Shown: positions 9,129-18,751, numbered from the stretch's first letter. The stretch: 33,718 nucleotides of DNA from Candidatus Methanoxibalbensis ujae (GCA_026134085.1 JAOQIN010000018.1:1-33718), one strand, 5' to 3'. The notes: a model not told the origin generated them from the letters alone. Numbers and translations: made by a program.

Positions 9129-10772
9129 CTACTTTTCCCTCTTTGCTCTGATATCTTTGGCCTCTTCCCTTAACTTTTTAAAATATTCGGTCTCCGTTAT
9201 CTCAGAAACCGCTTTCTTCGTCTTCTCTCTGTCTATCTTAATCTCAAGCAACTTTACCTTCCGCTCCAAATTCTGGCTGTATTTCTTCAACCGCTCAATC
9301 TCAAGTTCTCTTATCTTTGTCTCTTTCTCCACGAGTTCATTCGTGTACCTCTTCAAGTCAGAAGCCATCTTATTGAATGAATTGGCAAGGTCTTCAAGCT
9401 CATCGCCTGTCTTTACTTTGATCCTATAGTCAAGGTTCCCGCCACCTATGATTTCGGCACCCTTTTTGAGTGCCACGATTGGCTTCGTTATCAGCCTTGA
9501 GAGCAAAACAGCAATCCCGAAGACCGCGAGAAGTATAACAATGAAAATGCCAATGAAGCTCTTCAGCATGTCATTTATTTGCCTGTTGATATGTTCGCCA
9601 GTATCCTGTGTGGCAGCGATTATTTTGCTCTTCGTGGTCAGTGCTGGTGCTATTATCTCCTCAACTGGCATCACTATACCCACGCTCCAATTTACACAGG
9701 TGATGGGTGCGTAAGCAATGTATTTCTCACCATCATCAAATCTGCATTTGGCGACACCCGTATTGCCTTCAATCATATCCTCCGCTATCTTCCTCAACTC
9801 CGGATTATCGCTTTGGAGCAGATTCTCCGCTTCAAAGGGTTCATCCCATCTTCTGTCCCCGGCTGATAATCCGGGACGGGCGATAACGTTGCCATTGTCA
9901 TCTATCAAAAAGGCATATCCAAGTTCGCCTACTTGTGTGTTTATGATTCTCCTATTGATTGTTTCCGTGCTCATATCGGCTCCAACCACGCCAATCAGTT
10001 TATTTCCTGAGTCATAGACAGGTCTTGAGCAGGTGACTATTAACCTGCCAGTATCGGCATCAACATATGGTCCCGACCAGCAAATGTCGCCGGTTTCTTT
10101 TGCTCTCTTATACCATCCGCGAACTCTGTGGTCAAAGGAAGGACTTATCCCGGAAGTCCATGGATACAACTGGAGTATGCCAGATTCTGTTCCAAAATAG
10201 ACCCATGCCAAATTTGGATCGTTGGCATAAACAGGTATGAAAATGTCGTCCATCTTATTGGTCAGGTTCAGCTCCTCTCTCACCGCATCTACTGCGACAT
10301 CTGCTGCCAGCACGTAGACAGAAGTCGCATACACGTCATCCGGTTTCTCCTCTTGAGAGTAAGAGTGCCGGTATCCGGGCGATGGAGGATTTTCCCAGAG
10401 AGCGGAGGCAAACTCTGCCATGACATTCACTTCCGCTTCAACCTTTTCGAATATCGTATTGCTGATGGCTGCCTGATCCTTTGCCAGACGAAGCAGATAT
10501 TCCTCCGACTGATTTTCCAACGCTTCAACGCTGTCATTCACCGCACTTTCTCCCAAATAGGTGCTGCTTTGTAGGGCATAATCGCCCACCTCTTTTATGT
10601 TGTTAAATGCAACATATCCCAACAAACCAAAAGAAATGATAAACAGTCCTGAGAATGCTATCAGGATTTTAGTCCTTATTTTGAATTTCGGCGTCATGAC
10701 ACGGTTTACACTGACACAGTTGTTTTGTTGAGCTGGCAACGGCACTGCTCGTTCCGTGTCGATCTGTGTCAA
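9129..10772 (-). CDS. Membrane sensor: TM-dCache-TM-HAMP plus short coiled-coil tail, no kinase, MCP or enzyme output
   Basis: Two TM helices, Cache motif FDHRVRGWYK...WSGPYVDADTG, HAMP ITKPIVALKKG...GDELEDLANSFNKM, tail IKIDREKTKKAVSEITETEYFKKLREEAK. Start could be 10697. Confidence 0.88.
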   Translation of the reverse strand: MTQIDTERAVPLPAQQNNCVSVNRVMTPKFKIRTKILIAFSGLFIISFGLLGYVAFNNIKEVGDYALQSSTYLGESAVNDSVEALENQSEEYLLRLAKDQAAISNTIFEKVEAEVNVMAEFASALWENPPSPGYRHSYSQEEKPDDVYATSVYVLAADVAVDAVREELNLTNKMDDIFIPVYANDPNLAWVYFGTESGILQLYPWTSGISPSFDHRVRGWYKRAKETGDICWSGPYVDADTGRLIVTCSRPVYDSGNKLIGVVGADMSTETINRRIINTQVGELGYAFLIDDNGNVIARPGLSAGDRRWDEPFEAENLLQSDNPELRKIAEDMIEGNTGVAKCRFDDGEKYIAYAPITCVNWSVGIVMPVEEIIAPALTTKSKIIAATQDTGEHINRQINDMLKSFIGIFIVILLAVFGIAVLLSRLITKPIVALKKGAEIIGGGNLDYRIKVKTGDELEDLANSFNKMASDLKRYTNELVEKETKIRELEIERLKKYSQNLERKVKLLEIKIDREKTKKAVSEITETEYFKKLREEAKDIRAKREK

Positions 10773-10798
10773 TAATTTATTTTCCCGCCTTTGTTTCT

Positions 10799-11203
10799 TT
10801 ACTGTCTTACCTTCCTCTCAAGTGCGCTCCAGATATTCAAAGGAACTTTCTTCGGCTTCTTCCTTGCAATAGCAACCTCGTATTTTCTTTCCCCTTTTTC
10901 CATCGTCTCGTTTATATATCCCCGCTCAACAAGACTCTCAGCTATACCTCTCACAGATTCTTCCTCCATTCCCAATTTCTCAGATAACTCCGCGGGACTG
11001 GCTCTCCCCATTTTTGTCAGTTCCAATACGATTCTCCGATGAGGTGGACGTAAATCAAGAAGCTCGGTCACCGCAATGCCTTTCTTTCCTCTCGCTTTCT
11101 CCACTTTCGCGTTCAACACCTCTTCTATTCTGTCCACTCGCTGCCGTATCCCTTTTATTTCCTCCAGCACAAACAAATACGTCTCTGTATCTCCCTCTTC
11201 CAT
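10799..11203 (-). CDS. Winged-helix (MarR/TrmB-like) protein
   Basis: ASPAELSEKLGM...LVERGYI wHTH, N-terminal coiled coil, C-terminal KKVPLNIWSAL. Start at 11203 after GAGGAGGAAAGG. Confidence 0.8.
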   Translation of the reverse strand: MEEGDTETYLFVLEEIKGIRQRVDRIEEVLNAKVEKARGKKGIAVTELLDLRPPHRRIVLELTKMGRASPAELSEKLGMEEESVRGIAESLVERGYINETMEKGERKYEVAIARKKPKKVPLNIWSALERKVRQ

Positions 11204-11217
11204 TCTTCCTTTCCTCC

Positions 11218-11430
11218 TCAATCTATTTCCGGCATCTCTATCGGAGATGGCTGTGGCTTGCATATCCCGCACCACAAAGCATTCGACACCGCTATCGCCT
11301 TTGGAACATCCTCATCGTGGTCATACACAGTTAACACAAACGGCATCTCTTTTGCATGCTCCTTGCATATTGCTCTTCCACAGAACTGGCAAACACCACT
11401 CGCATCCTTTTCACATGTCCAGCATTTCAT
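11218..11430 (-). CDS. DUF2180-like small zinc-finger protein
   Basis: MKCWTC...CQFCGRAICKEH...WCGIC; RBS GAGGAA. Confidence 0.8.
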   Translation of the reverse strand: MKCWTCEKDASGVCQFCGRAICKEHAKEMPFVLTVYDHDEDVPKAIAVSNALWCGICKPQPSPIEMPEID

Positions 11431-11475
11431 TTCCTCAATCTCCCTTTTATTTTTGTTTGCATGGCTTAAATCGCA

Positions 11476-11529
11476 TCAGAATTCAGAGCATAACTTCTCC
11501 ATCTTCTCCATCCCTTCCTTTGCTGTCAT
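11476..11529 (-). pseudogene. 17-codon ORF MTAKEGMEKMEKLCSEF, possible collapsed RiPP precursor
   Basis: Strong RBS AAGGAG-taaaa-ATG, internal direct repeat gatggagaa x2, resemblance to both ends of the 18752-18973 precursor. Confidence 0.3.
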
Positions 11530-11674
11530 TTTTACTCCTTCTTTATTATCAAACATCATACTATTGCATTTAAAACTTCCAATTGATTTTAAAAAACTTT
11601 CAATCGTTTTTAACAAACTTTCGGCAAACAGTGAACAGCTGCATTGACAATATTGTCATTATAGCGCCACATGA

Positions 11675-13462
11675 CTACCAAAAATAATCCCTTATTGCAC
11701 GCTGATCGATAGAACTGTTTTCAACTTTCTGTCGCATTTTCTCAAAAATCGATTTACACACATTGAAGTGCTTGTAATCCGAAGTTTTCGGGCTTTTTAT
11801 CTTTATAAGCATTAAGTCTCTGACAGTGAGCATGGTCATTGCCATGGAAACGCAACTTCTGTGATAATATTTAAGCAACAGGTTTTCAATTTCATCGGGT
11901 TTGTACTTTTTGCTAAGCAGAAACAGAGCATCGCGAAATGCAAACAGATGTTCCTGGCTCTCCCTTTTAACTTCGTAGCGATTGAAAAACGCATCCATTT
12001 TTTTATAGCTCTCCTCGTAGTTGCCCACTTTGTGATATAACAACGCAAGCAAGTATTCCGGAGGTATCAGATACTCTTCAGGTATCATTGAGTTGAATAT
12101 TGATTCTATCCACCCATACGGCTTTTCTTCCTCCGGAATTTCCGGGCATGCAAGAAAAGACTCAATGAATGTTATCAACTCAGATATTTCGGGAACCGTG
12201 CTAATGGCGAGATTATCGTAAATCTTCCGTAATTCTGTTGTCCTACAAAGTTTGATTTTCTTGAATGTGTCCGTGGTCTTCCATGGCAGATTATATTTTA
12301 CAGGAGAATACTTTGTGATGTAAACATAATAAGTTGGGAAATTTAAAAACGAGAGGTCCTTCACAAATATATTGGAACCGCTGGAAATAATGAGTTCCCT
12401 GAAGATTTTGAGGTCTTCCTCGTAGGATGATGAATCCTCAAAAGCGCTCCATGGTTTGAATTCATAGGTTGGTTTCCCATAAAAAATGCCCTCTGGTATC
12501 TCTCCTTTACCTCTACTGTATTGAGCAATATAATTAACGGTTCTTTTGATGTCCACTTCTGTGCACGGTTCTGCAAATGGGTCTTTTCCCAATCTCAGTT
12601 CTTTGCCCAGTTCAGAAATCTCATCTCCACTGAAGCCCTGATATAACTCGGTAAGAGCATGCTCCAGGGCATAATCAAAGACCGGATGTGAACCGAGCGA
12701 AAATTTATACCGCCCTGTAACCTTATTCACAGCTATTACTCCCACCACCGGGAAATCACGACCTAAGGAACAATCTTTTACTGTAATTGAGATGTCTTTA
12801 TCAGCTAAGGCTTCAATAATTTTGTAACTGTGTGAATTTTTTATGTATTCATCGGGAATGGTAGGAGGGATTACGTTCCCGGCATAGATCTGTTTCAACG
12901 CCTCCCTTTCCAGGATCTCACATATTCCCGCTACTATGGCTTCTGCCGGTGTATTGCCTGCGCACATGCCATTGCTCCCGGTAGTTAAAAGCATATTTGG
13001 ATGTGGTAAGAATACCACTGTGTCATTTTTAACATCGTAAAATTTATCCACATATATGGGACCAGAAGAATCTATTATCAACTCTTCGCATACTTGCCGA
13101 ATATCTGGTTCACATTTGTTATCATTAATTGAATAAAGCATATCTAAATTGTCAATTTCTATCATATCCGGAATTATGCGAAGAATATCCGTTTCGCTTA
13201 GTCCGATTTTTGAGTCAAAGATGATAAGATTTTGCATTCTCTCTATTAATTCCGCTAAAGCACCTGCAACCGCAAATTCCTTATTTGTTCCTATTCCATT
13301 TTGTGCCAGAGCTTTAATACCTTCCAATGAATAAGAGCAGGAAAATAGAATTCCGTCAACACTTTTCAACTCCTCCTGGCGAACTGTAATATCCATGTTT
13401 TTCAATATCTGCGTAATTCTTTTAATTGTATTTTCCGGTGTATCCGCCTTATATGTTCTCAT
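11675..13462 (-). CDS. ycaO: YcaO-family protein with long helical (TPR-like) C-terminal extension
   Basis: YKADTPENTI, ALAELIER, GSNGMCAGNTPAEAIVAGICEILER, ALEHALTELYQG; no C-terminal PxP motif. Confidence 0.9.
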   Translation of the reverse strand: MRTYKADTPENTIKRITQILKNMDITVRQEELKSVDGILFSCSYSLEGIKALAQNGIGTNKEFAVAGALAELIERMQNLIIFDSKIGLSETDILRIIPDMIEIDNLDMLYSINDNKCEPDIRQVCEELIIDSSGPIYVDKFYDVKNDTVVFLPHPNMLLTTGSNGMCAGNTPAEAIVAGICEILEREALKQIYAGNVIPPTIPDEYIKNSHSYKIIEALADKDISITVKDCSLGRDFPVVGVIAVNKVTGRYKFSLGSHPVFDYALEHALTELYQGFSGDEISELGKELRLGKDPFAEPCTEVDIKRTVNYIAQYSRGKGEIPEGIFYGKPTYEFKPWSAFEDSSSYEEDLKIFRELIISSGSNIFVKDLSFLNFPTYYVYITKYSPVKYNLPWKTTDTFKKIKLCRTTELRKIYDNLAISTVPEISELITFIESFLACPEIPEEEKPYGWIESIFNSMIPEEYLIPPEYLLALLYHKVGNYEESYKKMDAFFNRYEVKRESQEHLFAFRDALFLLSKKYKPDEIENLLLKYYHRSCVSMAMTMLTVRDLMLIKIKSPKTSDYKHFNVCKSIFEKMRQKVENSSIDQRAIRDYFW

Positions 13463-13959
13463 CTCATTGCGTTGAATTTATTTTATTTATATTATATGGC
13501 TCAGCTTCACTTCATTATCGCCACTTTCTTCTGGATCTCTGAAATCACCTCCGGCTCACCATCCCAAACAGCAGGTCCGGAGAGGTTGCGGAGAAGCTAA
13601 GTGCAGTTTTAATTCAAACTCAATATAACTCAATATAAGCAAACTGACACTGCCGCGCTGTACATTGAATTGCTCCACCAGACCCTATCAGTATTTCGCA
13701 CAGCCTGCTGTTCCTTCGAGCAGGAATGGGGAAGGAGCAGATCAATGGGGAAACAATGGGGATAGCCACAATCGGAGAAAAACCCGATGTCAGGAACGAG
13801 TATCCTGCGATGCCGACCTCTCGGAGCGTACAGAGAAGAGATGTCCTCAATCGACTCAATCGTAACCCTTATCATACCTTTATCCAAATAGAGGAGCGCG
13901 GGAGGGGAGTGAGGTTTTGACCTTCCATGTCTGAACCTCCTTCAACACCCAGAGAGATT

Positions 13960-14115
13960 CTTCTGGCTGAGATTCTGCGTGAGCTTGTTTGGATCACAGA
14001 TGCGCTCCCATACACTTCCCATCTTCAGGAGGACATAACCGAGAATGCAGACCATGATATGGACCCATGACCGTCCGTCATCATCAGGACAGGTTGATCT
14101 CTTCCGTTTCGACAT
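13960..14115 (-). pseudogene. Possible DDE transposase (IS4/IS1634-like) C-terminal remnant
   Basis: Minus-strand translation WVHIMVCILGYVLLK resembles the conserved 'H-(I/V)-x-x-C-x-L-(A/G)-Y-x-L' end of these transposases; boundaries approximate. Confidence 0.3.
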
Positions 14116-14261
14116 GGTGGATATTATGCTATCCTATCATAGGCGTGCAATTGGTAAATACGGAGAACTTCGTTTTCGTTGACTTATTCCATGAAGTTGG
14201 AGGAGTGGGGGTTATATAATCCATCATAGTTATCCATATGCGGAGGTGAAAAAGAGAGAAG

Positions 14262-16226
14262 ATGAAAAAGGAAATAGCATTGGTGATTTGTGTGGGAATA
14301 ATAACAGCAGCGGCGGCTTCTGCATTTACTGCCAAAGTGGGAATATCAAGCATAGCATCAGAACCATCGGATACAGAACCGATGGAAGAGACGGGAATAG
14401 AGAGACTTCAGCAGAGGATTTATGAGCAGGGCTATAATTATACGGTGGCTGAAAACTGGATTACCCATCTTTCACCGGAGGAAAGAGAGGCTCTCTGCGG
14501 CTACAAACCACTGAAAGCACCTGAAGAACCACCAGCCGAAAATGTCGGATTTTTTTCTCATATGCCTGAAACAAAAATAGAAGCCGAAATCGAATCACTG
14601 CCCTCTTCTTACGATGCGATGGCGCTTGGATATGTGACTCCTGTTAAGAACCAGCACGAGCCACACCGGTGTAGCAGCTGTTGGATCTTCGGGGCAGTAG
14701 CAAACTTTGAATCTGCTGTTGCAAAAAACGAATCCATTCTGTTTGATTTCTCTGAGCAGGAAGTTGGTGACTGCAATATCTGGTCTCGTGCTGGAGGGCA
14801 CAATTTCTGTGAGGAGGGGAATTCACTTATGAGCACAAACTACCTCACCAAATACGGCTCTGCAGATGAAACATGCGCTCCATACGCGGCGGAACCGCAA
14901 GCATGTCGAAATTGCACTGTACTCAGAAACGTGGATAACTGGAGGATAATCACAGGGTATAATGGCGAAAGCGAAGAAGCCATAGCCACAATAAAAAACG
15001 CCATACTTAATTATGGACCAGTAGCGACAACCATGTATGCGAGTGATCCGGGATTTCTGAATTACAGTGGTGGCGTCTATGAATACTGGGGGCCAGAACC
15101 TCCAAACCATCTCGTACTGATTATCGGCTGGAATGACACACTGAGACATTCACACGGAACCGGGGCATGGCTGATAAAGAACAGCTGGGGAACCTCATGG
15201 GGTGCTTCTGGACCATATCCTGGATGCGCCTGGGTGGCTTATGGCGCGGCAAACATAGGTGATTTCACAAACACGATTGCGAGCTACAAGAACCCGGGTG
15301 ACGAGATATTCTATCACGACGAATGCGGCTGGATGCTCTATGGCTTTGGTTATAACGCGACCACAGCTTACGGAGCAGTTCGTTTTATACCCGAGCAGGA
15401 CGCAATACTGACCGCAGTTGACTTCTGGGCAGTAGATGCAGGGATGACATACGAGATCAAAATATTTGATACATTGAACGACCTGGGAGATAACTACACT
15501 TTCAGCGACCCGCTCGGCACCACTCAAGGAACCACAAATGAACCGGGATATTATTCAATACCACTTGATACGCCGGTGCAACTGGAGAGAGGGGATGACT
15601 TCATCGTGCAGCTCAAATTAACGACTTCAGGAGCGGGTTATCAAATACCAATTGATTACTGTGGGGAGTCATGGCTGAACTGGTCGTCAATAGCTACATT
15701 CTCGGGGGAGAGCTACGTGAGTTGTGATGGATCACAATTTGAGAAACCATTTATCCCCGGTGTCGGTTATGTGGACATAGGAATAAGAGCGAGGGCAGAA
15801 GTTCCGCACCTCATCTGGGATACAGGGCAGCCAGAAAATCCATATCCAAGCATATCTGGCACACACTATGGAACAATAACACCAGATAGGACAATATACA
15901 ATGTGTCCAGACTCTACACATATCCATGCCCGGGAACAGGCGGGCATTCGGAATATGCCGCTTTCTACAATGCAACGACGGGGGAAGAGATAGCAAATGG
16001 CACCTGGAATGGTTATCAGGGAGCAGGCAATTACATAGAATTTAATGTGCCTTTCGATTTGCAGGCAAATGTTACATACAACTACATCATTCACACGGGT
16101 TCCTACCCACAAATTCATCACAAACCTGCGCTGCGGACGGCAAATGGATGGATAAACTGCACAAAGTTCATAGATGCAAATGGAAAGACATACACGGATT
16201 GGATACCGGCGATAAGATTGGAATAA
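14262..16226 (+). CDS. Secreted papain-family (C1A) cysteine protease with lectin-like domain and archaeal C-terminal domain
   Basis: Signal peptide, VKNQ...CSSCW, NHLVLIIGW, IKNSWG, C-terminal PYPSISGTHYGTI...WIPAIRLE; GGAGGTGA RBS. Confidence 0.92.
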   Translation: MKKEIALVICVGIITAAAASAFTAKVGISSIASEPSDTEPMEETGIERLQQRIYEQGYNYTVAENWITHLSPEEREALCGYKPLKAPEEPPAENVGFFSHMPETKIEAEIESLPSSYDAMALGYVTPVKNQHEPHRCSSCWIFGAVANFESAVAKNESILFDFSEQEVGDCNIWSRAGGHNFCEEGNSLMSTNYLTKYGSADETCAPYAAEPQACRNCTVLRNVDNWRIITGYNGESEEAIATIKNAILNYGPVATTMYASDPGFLNYSGGVYEYWGPEPPNHLVLIIGWNDTLRHSHGTGAWLIKNSWGTSWGASGPYPGCAWVAYGAANIGDFTNTIASYKNPGDEIFYHDECGWMLYGFGYNATTAYGAVRFIPEQDAILTAVDFWAVDAGMTYEIKIFDTLNDLGDNYTFSDPLGTTQGTTNEPGYYSIPLDTPVQLERGDDFIVQLKLTTSGAGYQIPIDYCGESWLNWSSIATFSGESYVSCDGSQFEKPFIPGVGYVDIGIRARAEVPHLIWDTGQPENPYPSISGTHYGTITPDRTIYNVSRLYTYPCPGTGGHSEYAAFYNATTGEEIANGTWNGYQGAGNYIEFNVPFDLQANVTYNYIIHTGSYPQIHHKPALRTANGWINCTKFIDANGKTYTDWIPAIRLE

Positions 16227-16367
16227 GATTGGAGAGCACACCCCGCTAAATATGCGCTTATCAACGCAAACTTATAGGCATATTTTCTCCCCGACTTCAC
16301 AATCTCCACAGGACCGCGAACTCTGATTGAAGAGCGGATCTTTGATCAACTGAGATATCTCTCTGTT

Positions 16368-16424
16368 TGGCATTGCCTGAAAAAGCTGGCATTGCCTGAA
16401 AAAGCTGGCATTGCCTGAAAAAGC
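16368..16424. repeat. Perfect 19-bp tandem repeat x3
   Basis: tggcattgcctgaaaaagc three times head-to-tail, no spacers. Confidence 0.95.
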
Positions 16425-16693
16425 GCAGCAGGACTGGCACAGGCATGAACATGAGAGATTGCATTTTGAGAAGGTGCTCGCATCGAGCAGATAGATGATT
16501 TATAAATCTCTGTGATAATCTGCCTGATAATCTGCCAAAAGTCCAGATTTATTTCAGCAGTAACAATCACATCTCCTCACAGGTTTACCGTTGGTCTACT
16601 GGAATTTGAAGCTCCTCACCACCTCCTGGTTTTGACTTCTTTATTTCTGCCCAAAAGCAGCGGAATTCGTGTGACATGACATTTTCATCCTCA

Positions 16694-17620
16694 TCACAAA
16701 ACCCTGAGTACTTTCTCCTTTTCCGACTTCCATCTGTTTGAAAGCTCTTCACAACATTGAATCAGGTGATCTGCATAGCCTATCAAGTATCGCCCTTTAA
16801 GACGAACACCACGATCTCGTGCCAGACGAGCATATTTCTTTGCCGTGTGCAGAACCGATTCCAGAGCATCAGTGAACAGAAAAGCCCTGAGGACGAAATC
16901 CTCAGGCGGCGGTGTGGAATCAGACCATCCAGCGCGGAGAATAACTTTGGTGAGCAAATATCCATAGTGTTGAGCTTGCAAGTCATCACGCCAGTCCTGC
17001 AACTGGTCTATCAAATCAAAGACGACCTGAGTGTAGTCAACGAACTGAGCGAGTGGCTCGACTGCTTCCTCATGTCCCGCTAAAAGAGCTACTGGTATCG
17101 CAGATAATTTGGACACGGCTGCTTTGCGAGCAATTAACAGGAGGTCCTCCTCGCGGTAGTCACGCAATTTGCCCCAGTGAGAGGATTCTTCCCATGAAAT
17201 GCTTTGCGTCCATTCTGTAATGTATTGCTCCAGATAGTTCCAGAAAGGAGAATCCGCGGGAAAGAGCTCCTGATACTGCCTCATCATCTCCGTAAACAGA
17301 ACAATGCCAAACGGCGAAAGTTTTTTCCAATCTCCGCTGCTTTCATCCATTATCCTGTCCTGAAGAAAGACGTAATATGATGCGAGGCATCCGGGCAGGG
17401 CAACAGAACGAATCACATCCCTGGGAAGATCATAAATATCCCCCACCCAAAAAGGAAGAACCACGGTGTAGGGACAGGGATGCCAGGGCAGGCGATGAAA
17501 AAATTCTTTCCCCAGATCACTGAGTGGCGAAGGAAGATTTTGTGCATATTCACGGAATTTTGCTCCCAGCCAGTCGCTGTCTTCCTTAAAATCTGAGTAG
17601 CCGATAAATTCAGCAACCAT
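16694..17620 (-). CDS. Class I isoprenoid-synthase-fold protein (putative peptide prenyltransferase)
   Basis: Degenerate aspartate-rich motifs LQDRIMDE and IDQLQDWRDD, IARKAA; helical character. Start at 17620 after GGGAGG, overlapping the end of the GGR gene. Confidence 0.75.
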   Translation of the reverse strand: MVAEFIGYSDFKEDSDWLGAKFREYAQNLPSPLSDLGKEFFHRLPWHPCPYTVVLPFWVGDIYDLPRDVIRSVALPGCLASYYVFLQDRIMDESSGDWKKLSPFGIVLFTEMMRQYQELFPADSPFWNYLEQYITEWTQSISWEESSHWGKLRDYREEDLLLIARKAAVSKLSAIPVALLAGHEEAVEPLAQFVDYTQVVFDLIDQLQDWRDDLQAQHYGYLLTKVILRAGWSDSTPPPEDFVLRAFLFTDALESVLHTAKKYARLARDRGVRLKGRYLIGYADHLIQCCEELSNRWKSEKEKVLRVL

Positions 17621-18659
17621 TTTGCCTCCCTCTAAGTAAATCAAAATAAACGCGTGGGAAGTGAGAATAAAAAGAAAGGAGTGTGCGGGAGCTGTTAAAC
17701 ATGGGCATTATCTCACTATCCACCGCATCCTGGTAGGGTTTTAGATCTATCTCTCCCTCTTTGAGACACTTCTCCACTACGGGTGCGGCAAGCTGAGCGC
17801 TTTTCATCGCATAATAAATCCCCTCTCCCCACATGGGGTCTGTTAGCCCTGCGCTGTCCCCCAGGAGAAGAATCCTTCCGCGCTGGATAGGCTCCTCGGG
17901 ATTGCGAGAGGGCAGTAGATGCGACTTAAATCTTTCTACGCTTGCGCTCTCCAGTCCAAGGGAAGATAAAAGCTTCATAACATACGGCTTTAACTCCCTT
18001 ACAAATTGCATATGAGTTCCGGCACCTACGGAAAGGTATTCTTTCCTTGGAAAGACCCAGCCATACCCCCCGGTCACCACACCGAAGTCAATTTTGATTG
18101 TCGAATCCAAATTTTCCTTATTTCGTGGAGCTTTAACATTTGCGGACATCGCAATCCTTGTCTCTACCCCTCTCATCAAGCCTGCGGATCTCGCGGTAAT
18201 TCCGTATGCGCCATCGGCTCCGATAATTATTGGTGCGGTAAAAGTATGATTTGCTGTGAAGATTTTCACCTCATTTGATAAAATTTCCAATTTCTTGACT
18301 TCTTCCCCATCAACAATGGAAGCTCCTGCCTCCTCTGCCTTCATCGCAAGAAAATAATCAAATCTATCCCGTCTTACGGTATAGCCCACTGGCGTCTGAC
18401 CATGCACGGTGAACTCTTCGCCGAGCTCAAAACTAAATGTGATATTATAAATGACCTGTTCCACCAGTGGGCTTATGTCAAAATTGATAATTTCAGTCGC
18501 CTTTGTTGACACCAGCCCGGCACAGGTTTTATCACGAGGAAGCTTCTCCTTATCAATAATCAGGACATCCAAACCTCTCTGCGCCAGCTCACAGCCTGCT
18601 GTTGCACCGGCAGGACCAGCTCCAATCACAATAACATCATACGAACTTCTGGTAGCCAT
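17610..18659 (-). CDS. Geranylgeranyl reductase family FAD-dependent oxidoreductase
   Basis: DVIVIGAGPAG, PRDKTCAG, RDRFDYFL, IGADG, GYGWVFP, GDSAGLTDPMWGEGIYYAMKS. Confidence 0.92.
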   Translation of the reverse strand: MATRSSYDVIVIGAGPAGATAGCELAQRGLDVLIIDKEKLPRDKTCAGLVSTKATEIINFDISPLVEQVIYNITFSFELGEEFTVHGQTPVGYTVRRDRFDYFLAMKAEEAGASIVDGEEVKKLEILSNEVKIFTANHTFTAPIIIGADGAYGITARSAGLMRGVETRIAMSANVKAPRNKENLDSTIKIDFGVVTGGYGWVFPRKEYLSVGAGTHMQFVRELKPYVMKLLSSLGLESASVERFKSHLLPSRNPEEPIQRGRILLLGDSAGLTDPMWGEGIYYAMKSAQLAAPVVEKCLKEGEIDLKPYQDAVDSEIMPMFNSSRTLLSFYSHFPRVYFDLLRGRQNGC

Positions 18660-18685
18660 TTTTCCTTTCCAAACACAAAAGTGGA

Positions 18686-18706
18686 GGGGGAAAAAATTAA
18701 CCCCCC
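18686..18706 (-). terminator. Possible stem-loop between the precursor and GGR genes
   Basis: ggggg-aaaaaattaa-ccccc inverted repeat; on the minus strand it is followed by pyrimidine/T-rich sequence. Confidence 0.35.
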
Positions 18707-18751
18707 AACTCCAGCTTCTACTATTTCGGGCTGCTCAGGATGCACGCTTTT

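Noticed and set aside
9043..10574. Plus-strand ORFs antisense to the Cache-HAMP gene, and similar shadow ORFs throughout the window
   Set aside because: They overlap well-supported genes on the opposite strand and have no motifs.
11430..11529. Selenocysteine read-through fusing the mini-ORF to DUF2180
   Set aside because: The in-frame TGA is there, but DUF2180 has its own RBS and typical MKC start, and I found no SECIS.
11675..13462. McrA thioamidation YcaO
   Set aside because: No tfuA or mcr genes adjacent, long C-terminal extension and RiPP context; phylogeny is needed to exclude it fully.
13620..13920. Four overlapping 64-85 aa ORFs upstream of ycaO as precursor candidates
   Set aside because: No leader similarity, weak starts, mutually overlapping, no clear RBS.
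16368..16424. 19-bp x3 repeat as a CRISPR array
   Set aside because: No spacers, unit too short, no cas genes.
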